This document shows positions 41,704-52,704 of a DNA stretch of 64,000 nucleotides, piece by piece (position 1 is the first letter of the stretch; every line of letters starts with the position of its first letter). Both the position numbers and the translations under genes were made by a program. The DNA is from Candidatus Multivorans sp. Its GTDB lineage: Bacteria; Acidobacteriota; Thermoanaerobaculia; Multivoradales; Multivoraceae. The notes below the pieces were generated by a model, which saw only the letters and a list, made by a program, of their open reading frames with translations, was not told the DNA's origin and searched no databases. The DNA lies in NCBI GenBank assembly GCA_965247095.1, contig OZ251997.1, forward strand, positions 4,032,001 to 4,096,000. The letters are read 5' to 3'.

Positions 41704-41727
41704 GGAACGCGGGCGTCTCGCCAGCAT
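41704..41727. repeat. REP-like palindrome, family A
   Basis: GGAACGCGGGCGTCTCGCCAGCAT, one mismatch from the 43787 copy. Confidence 0.75.
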
Positions 41728-41767
41728 CTGCCGACCGTCGGCTGACCGGGCGCGCTACGATTCGACG

Positions 41768-43420
41768 ATGACAAGACGAAACCTGCTACTCGCATTCTCC
41801 CTGCTCTTTGTACTTGCGGCCTGCGGCCAACCCGACCTCCCGACACGACTCGACACCTGGCTCGCCGACCTCTCAGACGACGCCATGGAGGGTCGCGGCC
41901 CCGGCACTGCCGGTGATGTCGCCGCGCGCCAGTACATTGCCGACGCGATGGCGGACATGGGCATCGAGCCGGCGGCCGCGGACGGTAGCTGGGAGCAGCC
42001 GTTCGACATCGTCGGCATCAACGCCACGGTGCCCGAGACCTGGACCTTCGAGACGGGCGGCGGCGACAGCGTCGAGTTCGCGTTCTGGGACGAGTTCATC
42101 GCCGGCAGCGGCGTGCAGTCGGAGCAGGCGGTGGTCGAGGACGCCGAGGTCGTGTTCGTCGGCTACGGCATCCAGGCGCCGGAGTACGGCTGGGACGACT
42201 ACGGCGACGCCGACCTCGCCGGCAAGGTGCTGGTCATGCTGAACAATGATCCGGACTGGGATCCGGACCTGTTCGAAGGCGACCGCCGGCTCTACTACGG
42301 CCGCTGGACCTACAAGTACGAGAGCGCCGCGGCCCAGGGCGCGGCCGGCGCGATCATCATCCACACCACGCCCTCGGCCGGCTATCCCTTCCAGGTGGTC
42401 CAGACGTCCTGGACGGGTCCCCAGTTCGAACTGCCCGCCGAGGGCGAACCGCGCTCACAGATCAACGCCTGGTTGACGGAGGAGGCGGCCCGGCGCCTGT
42501 TCGACCTGGCCGATGTCGACTACGACCAGACCCTGGAGTCGGCCAGGAGCGCCGGCTTCGAACCCGTGCCGCTTGGTGTCATGACAAGCCTGGCGCTCGA
42601 GAACATCGTGACCAGCGAGCAGACGGCCAACGTGCTCGGCGGCCTGCCCGGCAGCGACCCGGACCTGGCCGACGAGTGGATCGTCTTCACCGCCCACCAC
42701 GATCATCTGGGCGTCTCGCCCGACGAGAGCCTGGAAGATCGCATCTACAACGGCGCCCTCGACAACGCGGCCGGCGTCGCCCAGGTGCTCGCGATCGCCA
42801 GGGAACTCGCCGCCCAGGAACCGGGACCGAGCCGCTCCGTCCTGTTCGCCTTCGTGGGCGCCGAGGAGCAGGGCCTGCTCGGCTCCGAGTACTACGCCGC
42901 CCACCCGACCGTGCCGCCCGGCAAGATGGCCGCGAACATCAACTACGACGGCGGCAACCAGTGGGGCCCCACCCGTGACGTGACCTACATCGGCTACGGC
43001 AAGTCGAGCCTCGACGCCGTGGTCGAAGCGGCAGCAGCCGACCAGGGCCGCACGGTGCTGCCCGACCAGTTCCCGGCCAACGGCTACTTCTACCGTTCGG
43101 ACCAGTTGAACTTCGCCCGCATCGGCGTGCCGGCGATCTACCTCGACAACGGCACCGACTTCGTCGACCGACCGGAGGGCTGGGGCCGTGAGCAGTTGGA
43201 GGCCTGGACCGAGAACGTCTACCACCAGCAATCGGACGAGTACCAGCCGCTGAACGAGGAAGGCGAGGGCTGGAACCTCGAGGGCATGGTCGAAGACGTC
43301 GAGCTCGGCCTCGCCTGCGCCCGCGCCATTGCCGAGAACCCCGAACTCCCGTCCTGGAACCCCGGCGACGAGTTCGAAGCCGCAAGGCTGGCGGCGCTCG
43401 CCGCCGCGGCGGGCGAGTAG
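41768..43420 (+). CDS. M28-family peptidase lipoprotein with PA domain
   Basis: Lipobox LAAC; 'TAHHDHLG', 'GALDNAAG', 'AEEQGLLGS', 'RSDQ', 'YHQQSD'. Confidence 0.92.
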   Translation: MTRRNLLLAFSLLFVLAACGQPDLPTRLDTWLADLSDDAMEGRGPGTAGDVAARQYIADAMADMGIEPAAADGSWEQPFDIVGINATVPETWTFETGGGDSVEFAFWDEFIAGSGVQSEQAVVEDAEVVFVGYGIQAPEYGWDDYGDADLAGKVLVMLNNDPDWDPDLFEGDRRLYYGRWTYKYESAAAQGAAGAIIIHTTPSAGYPFQVVQTSWTGPQFELPAEGEPRSQINAWLTEEAARRLFDLADVDYDQTLESARSAGFEPVPLGVMTSLALENIVTSEQTANVLGGLPGSDPDLADEWIVFTAHHDHLGVSPDESLEDRIYNGALDNAAGVAQVLAIARELAAQEPGPSRSVLFAFVGAEEQGLLGSEYYAAHPTVPPGKMAANINYDGGNQWGPTRDVTYIGYGKSSLDAVVEAAAADQGRTVLPDQFPANGYFYRSDQLNFARIGVPAIYLDNGTDFVDRPEGWGREQLEAWTENVYHQQSDEYQPLNEEGEGWNLEGMVEDVELGLACARAIAENPELPSWNPGDEFEAARLAALAAAAGE

Positions 43421-43474
43421 AGGGCGGTGTGCGCGGCACGGGCATCGTCATGGGCGTCGGACGCACCCGCCTGT

Positions 43475-43638
43475 GCCGGATCCGGAGGGGAGGCTCCCAG
43501 CGGTCGTTCGCGCTCAGTCGGATGGTGGGAGGTGGGCACTCACTTCACTCCGCTCGCTTCGGTTTGGTCTCGGCCGATGAAAGGTCGTCGGGCGTCGCTC
43601 GCTTCGAGCCCGCTGGGACCCTCCCCTCCAGACCCGGC
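43475..43638. repeat. ~165-bp intergenic element bounded by 29-bp inverted repeats (MITE-like or structured RNA)
   Basis: GCCGGATCCGGAGGGGAGGCTCCCAGCGG (43475-43503) vs rc of 43610-43638 GCCGGGTCTGGAGGGGAGGGTCCCAGCGG: 26/29 identical. Confidence 0.7.
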
Positions 43639-43735
43639 TTGGGCTGGACGTCGCCGGGCAGCCAGATCCACGCACACTCACGACCGACTCGACGTGTTCC
43701 CGACCGAGGCTAGGTGCTTGTGCCGCGGAACGCCA

Positions 43736-43818
43736 GGAAGCGTGGGCATCCTGCCCGCATCCGGCGCGAAGAGCTGCCTCTGGCCTGGGAACGCGGGCGT
43801 CTCGCCCGCATCCGGCGT
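43736..43818. repeat. Tandem pair of family A REP-like palindromes
   Basis: GGAAGCGTGGGCATCCTGCCCGCATCCGGCG and GGGAACGCGGGCGTCTCGCCCGCATCCGGCG. Confidence 0.75.
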
Positions 43819-43850
43819 GCTACCGGCTGATCAACAAGGAGAATCACCCG

Positions 43851-44090
43851 ATGACCGAAGCCCGAATTGCAGCCCGTGAGCCCGCCAAGATCGAGTTGGA
43901 GGCCGGCACCTACTTTTGGTGCCGTTGCGGCCAGTCGCAGAACCAACCGTTCTGCGACGGCTCCCACCGGGGGACGGAGTTCGAGCCCATCCGCTTCACG
44001 CTGGAGGCGGACCGCAGGGTCGCGCTCTGCCAGTGCAAGCGCAGCGGCAAGATGCCGCACTGCGACGGCAGCCACCGCTTCCTGGACTGA
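43851..44090 (+). CDS. CDGSH iron-sulfur domain protein (two CDGSH motifs)
   Basis: 'WCRCGQSQNQPFCDGSH' and 'LCQCKRSGKMPHCDGSH'; AAGGAG RBS. Confidence 0.95.
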   Translation: MTEARIAAREPAKIELEAGTYFWCRCGQSQNQPFCDGSHRGTEFEPIRFTLEADRRVALCQCKRSGKMPHCDGSHRFLD

Positions 44091-44726
44091 GGGTGCCGCA
44101 GAGAGTCACGAACCTCGCAGACGCGGCCTGCTGCTGCCGAAGGGTCGGATTCCGTGAACCTCGGGGAGCCGATGCTCGGCCTTTAAGTGGTGGTGAGTTG
44201 GAGCGACCGGCGCCTTGCCCTTCGGCATCAAGACCCAGCTCCCAACCGAAGCGTCAGTCCGGGCCATCGCCGACTGCAGGTGCCTAGCGGTGGGGCGTGA
44301 TTGAGTAGTGTGGCCGCGGCCCCCAGAGAGAGGCTGCGCGGTGTTTACGGGCACCGGCCGCGCTTGAGTTAGGCGAGCGGGCCTGGCCGACCGAGTTCGT
44401 TCTGTGGTCGGCATTTCCCTCAATGCCGGCCGGATGGCGGACGATCGGACTCCCCTGACGGGAGCCCCTCATTGTCATCGGCAATTTCGGGCGAGTCGCC
44501 TCGTGGCGTACTCGCGGAGTCTCACCGATAAGCTGGCCCGTACCCGAACAAGGACGACCGCTGTTGCCTTCATCCTCACGAATGCCCGAAGCCTAGAGGG
44601 AGAGCGGTCGCTCCCGACCATTGTCCGGGAAAGCGTGGGGCGCGGAGCTCGAGTAAGTTTGGCGAGGGGGCTGTTCGATTGGATCGCCGGGGTGCTGCCG
44701 ACTGGGAAGCCGTTGTCCGGGGTTCC

Positions 44727-45758
44727 TCACCCAGCGACTCGCCTCAGCTGTTCGAGAAAGTAGGTCGTGTCCAACTGATAGTTGGGGTACGCGCGCTGTA
44801 CGGCTTGAATGGAATCCGCTGAGACCAAGACAGCCTCCGCTCCGTCGATACCACCGGCGTCTCTCTCGGCAGCCAAGTATTCCCTAGCTATCTTGAGCTG
44901 CTGACCGGGCCTATAGCTGCGGATAGTCAGTTTGCGAAGGTCCGGGCGCCGTTCCAGCAAGAAGAACTTCAGTCTCTTGGCCGAGCTGAGAGGAGCAATC
45001 ACCTTAATCAAGTCTCGGTATTCCTTGAGACGTGAAGCCGCGTCCAATCGTCGGGAATACTTCTGTATCTCCTTCCGCAGCGCCTCATCTTCGGTCGGTG
45101 TACCGGGTACAGTTGCGCACCCCTCCTCCAAGGCAAACGCAGCGCTTACAAGTGCGAAGAACCTAAGCCAGTCTTTCTCTCCTTCACTGGACTTCAAGGC
45201 CTGGCCAAGAAAAGCACCGGCCGTTTCAACGGCGGTCGCCCATGCGTGCTGACGACGAGTCCGCAGTTGAATCTCGATAAGGTGGCCGTTGTACGTCATC
45301 TTTCTTGCGCTGTGGTATCGGTAGACTAGATGAAGACTCCTGTACCCCGACATCTTGGGAGAGTCGATGTAGTTCTTATCGTTCATGAACCGGTGTCTTG
45401 TCCGCGGCCCGAGATATGCCTCATGCAGTTTCCTGACCTGCCCGACTGTAGTCACTACTGCCCGGCAGCCGCCGATATCCTGCATCTGGGATAGCTTCAT
45501 GGTTGGTAGTCTAGCCAGTTTCTGGATGGCGGAAGGTAGGCGCTTCAGTCGCTGGGACACGACCGCGACTGCGCAGACCTTGGTGGCCTTTGCCCGGAGG
45601 CCGTTCTGGAACGTGTTGAGCGGGAAGGCGTGGGAAGACCGCCAGTTTGCGAAGATCTCGAGGTCTTCCTCAGGAAGTGGACGTGGGGCAGCGGCTACCA
45701 AGGCACTTCCTGCCCGGTCAACACGGCCCTTGGTGTATTCAGGCTCGATCCATTGCAC
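44727..45758 (-). CDS. Stand-alone RelA/SpoT synthetase-domain protein
   Basis: 'QRLKRLPSAIQKL', 'MQDIGGCRAV', 'YIDSPKMSGYRSLH', 'IEIQLRT..QHAWA'; no HD hydrolase domain; visibly lower GC. Confidence 0.88.
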   Translation of the reverse strand: MQWIEPEYTKGRVDRAGSALVAAAPRPLPEEDLEIFANWRSSHAFPLNTFQNGLRAKATKVCAVAVVSQRLKRLPSAIQKLARLPTMKLSQMQDIGGCRAVVTTVGQVRKLHEAYLGPRTRHRFMNDKNYIDSPKMSGYRSLHLVYRYHSARKMTYNGHLIEIQLRTRRQHAWATAVETAGAFLGQALKSSEGEKDWLRFFALVSAAFALEEGCATVPGTPTEDEALRKEIQKYSRRLDAASRLKEYRDLIKVIAPLSSAKRLKFFLLERRPDLRKLTIRSYRPGQQLKIAREYLAAERDAGGIDGAEAVLVSADSIQAVQRAYPNYQLDTTYFLEQLRRVAG

Positions 45759-45925
45759 TAGATGAACTCCCCCTCCCGAGGAGACAGCAGTTAGCCGGGT
45801 CGTGGCTCAGGACGGTAGATGGTACCTCGTGCTAGCACTTGGCGGTCGGCACACTAGACGGCTGCGTCCGACATTGTCAGCATTCGCTTTCTCCGGCGAG
45901 CCGCCGCATCAACTGCGGGTGCCGG

Positions 45926-46739
45926 TCAGGGTGTGTCCTCTTCCTCCTCATCCACTTTGCGAATGGGAAGGTCAAGCAGGCGGGCGATCGCCTCCAGAAA
46001 AGTGAGATTTGTCAGGAACCACTCCTTTCCTGTGCCCTTCGGTCGCCGTTGTTGAATGTGCCCCGCGGCCTCTAGATGCTCATGGAAGCTCCTCTCGACT
46101 TCACGGGCGCTGTCTTTCGCCGTCTCGTAGACCCTGAAGAGAACCGCAGGCTCCGGGAGTGCCGTTTGAGTCGATTGCTGGCGGAATCTTCGAATGACGT
46201 CATCATCCGACTTGCCCACCTTGTAGTAGGTGCGGTCGTTCGTCACGCTGTCATCGTCTTCGCGTGTGGCAGGGAGTACTGGGCGGCGCCGGTAGTGCGG
46301 GAGTGAATAAACGTAGATTCCAGTTGTGTCCCGTTTCTCGGCAGTCGCAGTCCGTTGCTGAGGGGACCGGTCTTCAGCGTCGACGCCCTGGCGATCGTAT
46401 GACCTGTTCTCACAATCTTCTGCGCGGCGGTGGAGGATCTCTCGCGTCGTGTCGTCCAGACTGGTTCTTTCTCGCGAAGTTCCTCAGTGCAGAGGCTGCT
46501 TGGGCGGCCAGTGAGGGGCCTGAAGGTACGGTGCCGAAGAGTCTGGCGTCGATGACGGCCCAGTAGTTGTGTGCTTGTTGACGCATTGTCGTCGCGATCT
46601 CTTTGCGTTGAAGACTGTCCTTACGTAGCGCCCACAGTTTTCCGAGATTGTTGGCGTTTTGGTCCAGTGCTTCCGTCACTTCGGACACATAGGTGGACTC
46701 CCGGTCGACGGGCGTGTTGACTTGTTCATTACTCTCCAT
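45926..46739 (-). pseudogene. GIY-YIG/T5orf172-like nuclease split by a frameshift near 46460
   Basis: ORF 46739->46410 shifts frame after ...RKNQ into LDDTTREILHRRAEDC...TGIYVYSLPHY...RTYYKVGKS...ERSFHEHL...GKEWF, ending at 45926. Confidence 0.75.
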
Positions 46740-46902
46740 GGCAGTGGTCTCTCGTGTTCAGGTGGCGACGACTCGGTACGCCGGTGACGGGGGAGACGAG
46801 TAGTTGAGTGTCTGGCGTTTTCCGCGCAGGGAAAGACAGGGATCCGTGAGAAAATCTCCATCGGCTTAGGGTCGTCCTAGATGGGACAGTTCGTCTTGGG
46901 GC

Positions 46903-48153
46903 TTAGACCACCTCCGCGTCATGCCCGCACCACACCAGCCCGGACACCAGCTTCGGTAGAAACCGGGTCGATTTGGGCGGCAGCAGATCGCCGTCTTCGG
47001 TGGCGAGGGCGAACTGCTTCGGCGTCATCGGCGGCAGGAAGACGCCGACGCTGATCTCGGAGCGCCTGAGCAGGGCGATGATGTCGTTCGGGTCGGCCTC
47101 GTAGGCGATGCTGCCGTCGGTGGCGGCCTGAAACGGCACGCCGGCGGTCTGCAGCAGGTGGTGGTGGAGCAGAACGGCTGGGAGAGCCGCCTTGCGGCCC
47201 GGCGTGTCGGCCGGGGCGGCCTCCGGGTCGAGGGTCCAGAGTTCAGGAGCCTCGTCGCCCTGGAACCAGACCGCCAGCGCAGGCTGGGGCGCGGCAGCGA
47301 CGCGGGCGGCGATGGCGGCGCCGCCGGTCTCCTGGAGCGGTTCGCGCCGCGCCGGCAGGGCGGACATCGCGTCGCGGTCCACCGCGACGCGGATGCCGCG
47401 GTGGACGGGGTCGATCCGGAGGTTCGCGGAGGCCAGGCTGGTGAGCACCACCATCTTGCAGGCCGCCGCGGTGCCGCCCGCCGCGCCCTCTTGGGCGGCG
47501 TAGGTCTGGGCCACGTGGGTGCGGTGGTGGCCGTCGGCGATCGCGGCGCGGGCGTCTGCGAGTGCCGCAGCGTAGGCACCGATCCGCTCGGGGTCCGTGA
47601 TCCGGAAGAGGCTGTGGACATCGCCGGTCCAGGGATCGGTGTGGCTGACCAGGGCGGCGCCGGCGGCGCCTCCGCAATCGGAGGCGAGCAGGCGTTCGAG
47701 GGCGCCGTTGTCTTCGGCGAGGTAGAACACGGGCTCGATGTCGATCTGCGTGAGCCGCAGCAGGGCCAGACGCTCGGCGATCGATTTTGCCACCGTTTGC
47801 TCGTGCGGCCAGAGGTCCCCCTCGCGTCCCGGTTCGACGCCGACCAGGGCGCACAGGCCGAGACGGCTCGAGCCGTCGGGCTGGGTGATCGCGTACGGGT
47901 AGAGCGAGGGGGTCTCGTCGCGCGCGACGACGCCGCGCTCGAGCCACTCGCGGTGGAGCGCCGCGGATTGCTCGTGCGGACTCCGGCCGTCCTGAGCGAC
48001 GGGCTTGGTCACCTGCGCGAACTGGTGCGGCGACTGCGCGTGCAGGCGGTCGCGCAGGGACTCGTCGATCTGGTCGAAGGGCGGCGCCGCCTGGGCGGCG
48101 GCATCGAGCTTGGCGGAGTTGTAACGGTAGCCCTGGAAGGCGTAGAGCTTCAT
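46903..48153 (-). CDS. DUF1015 family protein
   Basis: 'AFQGYRYN...PPFDQI', 'PHEQT', 'IADGHHR', 'LPPKSTRFLPKLVSGLV'. Confidence 0.88.
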   Translation of the reverse strand: MKLYAFQGYRYNSAKLDAAAQAAPPFDQIDESLRDRLHAQSPHQFAQVTKPVAQDGRSPHEQSAALHREWLERGVVARDETPSLYPYAITQPDGSSRLGLCALVGVEPGREGDLWPHEQTVAKSIAERLALLRLTQIDIEPVFYLAEDNGALERLLASDCGGAAGAALVSHTDPWTGDVHSLFRITDPERIGAYAAALADARAAIADGHHRTHVAQTYAAQEGAAGGTAAACKMVVLTSLASANLRIDPVHRGIRVAVDRDAMSALPARREPLQETGGAAIAARVAAAPQPALAVWFQGDEAPELWTLDPEAAPADTPGRKAALPAVLLHHHLLQTAGVPFQAATDGSIAYEADPNDIIALLRRSEISVGVFLPPMTPKQFALATEDGDLLPPKSTRFLPKLVSGLVWCGHDAEVV

Positions 48154-48203
48154 GTCGGCTCCTGGTGTGGGGTTGGAGTCGGGAGTGGGAGGACGGTGCT
48201 TCT

Positions 48204-50861
<2,658 letters not shown>

Positions 50862-50899
50862 ATCGTCTAAATACTCCTGTTTCGTTCAGGGGGCTTTGC

Positions 50900-51886
50900 T
50901 CAGCGCTCTCCGCCGCCGGTCCCGGAGGCGTCGCCGGACGGCTCGAAGTCGGAGGTCTCACGGAGCTGCTCGAACAGTGCCTTCTCCTCCGCGGTGAGCC
51001 GCTTGGGGACGACGACCTGAACTTCGGCCAGCAGATCGCCGTCCGGGCCCTTGGGATCGGGCAGTCCGCGGCCGCGCAGGCGCATCTTCCGACCGGTCGA
51101 CGAGCCGGGCGGAAGCTGTGCCTCCGCGTGCCCGCCGAGGGTCGGAATCCGCACCTTGCCGCCCAGCGCGGCGGTCCAGGGCGCCACCGGCACGTCGCAG
51201 TGAAGGTCGCGCCCGCGGCGGCGAAAGATCGGGTGGGGCAGGGCTTCGACCTTGAGCAGCAGATCGCCGTCGGGCGCGCCCATGCCCTTGCCGCCCTGGC
51301 CGCTGAGTCGGATCGACTGGCCGGGAAGCACGCCCGTCGGAATCTGCACCTGGAGGTTCCGGGTCCGGCCGGTCGAACGGTCGAGGAACTCGATCGCTTG
51401 TGGACCGCCTTCGGCCAGGTTCTCGAGGCTGAGCGGTAAAGCGACCTCGTGGTTCCGGCCGCGGCGGGGCCGGGTCCAGCTTCCCTGCCGGCCCCCGCCG
51501 GGGAAGCCCTGCGGGCCGGCGCCTCCGAACAGCATGTCGAAGAAGGAGCTGAAGCCGGAGGCGTCGCCGGGGTCCCGGGCGCTGCCGAAGTCGAAACGCT
51601 CGTCGCCGCCGACGTTGAAGTGGAATCCCTCCCAGCCGGGCGGGGGAGCGTCCCCGGTCTGTACTCGTTGCCAGGCGGCGCCGTACTGGTCGTACTTGCT
51701 CCGCTTGTCCTGGTCCTTGAGCACTTCGTAGGCCTCGCCGATGTCCTTGAAGCGGGCCTCGGCGCCCGGGTCCTTGTTCACGTCCGGGTGGAACTGGCGA
51801 GCCAGCTTGCGGTAGACGCGCCGGATCTCCGCCGCGGAGGCGTCCTTGGCGACCCCCAGCGTCTTGTAGTAGTCCTTGTATTCCAC
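50900..51886 (-). CDS. cbpA: DnaJ class II / CbpA-like co-chaperone
   Basis: 'EYKDYYKTLGV...HPDVNK', G/F-rich region, no zinc finger; GTG start at 51886 preceded by GGAG. Confidence 0.88.
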   Translation of the reverse strand: MEYKDYYKTLGVAKDASAAEIRRVYRKLARQFHPDVNKDPGAEARFKDIGEAYEVLKDQDKRSKYDQYGAAWQRVQTGDAPPPGWEGFHFNVGGDERFDFGSARDPGDASGFSSFFDMLFGGAGPQGFPGGGRQGSWTRPRRGRNHEVALPLSLENLAEGGPQAIEFLDRSTGRTRNLQVQIPTGVLPGQSIRLSGQGGKGMGAPDGDLLLKVEALPHPIFRRRGRDLHCDVPVAPWTAALGGKVRIPTLGGHAEAQLPPGSSTGRKMRLRGRGLPDPKGPDGDLLAEVQVVVPKRLTAEEKALFEQLRETSDFEPSGDASGTGGGER

Positions 51887-51937
51887 CCGTTCTCCGTTTC
51901 GTGGGTCTGAGCACCAACGACCCAAGTTGGGCACATA

Positions 51938-51958
51938 GTTTAGTCCATCACACTCAAC
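51938..51958 (-). promoter_or_regulatory. HAIR-like (HspR) operator upstream of cbpA-clpB
   Basis: Minus strand GTTGAGT-N7-ACTAAAC vs the HAIR consensus CTTGAGT-N7-ACTCAAG; ~50 bp upstream of the cbpA start. Confidence 0.65.
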
Positions 51959-51965
51959 CTTGGGA

Positions 51966-52175
51966 ACCCGGGTGGCGCGATCGGCGCCACCCGTGAACCA
52001 GTCCGCGCGCCCGTCATCGGGCGCATGGATGACACCCGGGTGGCGCGATCGGCGCCACCCGTGAACCAGTCCGCGCGCCCGTCATCGGGCGCATGGATGA
52101 CACCCGGGTGGCGCGATCCGCGCCATCCGTGAACCAGTCCGTGCGCCCGTCATCGGGCGCGCGGATGGCACCCGG
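51966..52175 (+). repeat. Three tandem 68-bp double-hairpin units, family B
   Basis: Units start at 51966, 52034 and 52102; first two are identical (ACCCGGGTGGCGCGATCGGCGCCACCCGTGAACCAGTCCGCGCGCCCGTCATCGGGCGCATGGATGAC); no spacers. Confidence 0.93.
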
Positions 52176-52210
52176 CGAGGGTTCCGGCTGGTGGACCGCA
52201 GATACACGAA

Positions 52211-52232
52211 GGGCGCGACTCGCGTCGCGCCC
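52211..52232 (-). terminator. Putative terminator hairpin after the ferredoxin gene
   Basis: GGGCGCGAC-TCGC-GTCGCGCCC 9-bp stem 30 nt past the stop; weak U-tract. Confidence 0.5.
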
Positions 52233-52261
52233 CGGATTTCGCTTGAACGCTGGTCAGTTCG

Positions 52262-52519
52262 TCAAGGCGGGTCGAAGCCGAACATCGTGTAGTTCAGCGC
52301 GATGTACTTGTCCTGACCCTCGGGGACCTCCTCGAGCGGCAGGATCGCCTGCACCGGGCAGGCGTCGACGCACAGGCCGCAGTCGATGCACTCCTCAGGG
52401 TGGATGTAGAGCATGTCCCAGTCTTCCTCGTCCTTGCCATAGATGCAGTCGACAGGGCAGACATCGACGCACGACTTGTCTTTCACGCCGATGCAGGGTT
52501 CAAAGATGATGTGGGTCAT
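52262..52519 (-). CDS. Dicluster (7Fe/8Fe) ferredoxin
   Basis: 'CIGVKDKSCVDVCPVDCI' and 'CIDCGLCVDACP'. Confidence 0.95.
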   Translation of the reverse strand: MTHIIFEPCIGVKDKSCVDVCPVDCIYGKDEEDWDMLYIHPEECIDCGLCVDACPVQAILPLEEVPEGQDKYIALNYTMFGFDPP

Positions 52520-52616
52520 CGGACTCTTCCTCAGGCGGGCCGGTGAGTGCCGGACTATCGAGTTTCCGGCGGACTCAGAGTGCGGGAGACAGTAGCAGAG
52601 TCGCCGTCAGGTGAGA

Positions 52617-52690
52617 ACCTGGGTGGCGTCATCCGCGCCACCCCGTGAACCAGTTCGTGCGTCCGTCCCCGTACACGCGGATGGAACCGG
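52617..52690 (+). repeat. Degenerate family B unit
   Basis: ACCTGGGTGGCGTCATCCGCGCCACCCCGTGAACCAGTTCGTGCGTCCGTC...GCGGATGG. Confidence 0.8.
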
Positions 52691-52704
52691 CTCCGGGGTG
52701 GTCG

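Noticed and set aside
44100-44720. Small ORFs or an antitoxin downstream of the RelA/SpoT gene
   Set aside because: No credible RBS, coding-like composition or motif; probably degraded sequence.
51966-52175. CRISPR array
   Set aside because: The units are contiguous 68-bp repeats with no unique spacers, and there are no cas genes in the window.
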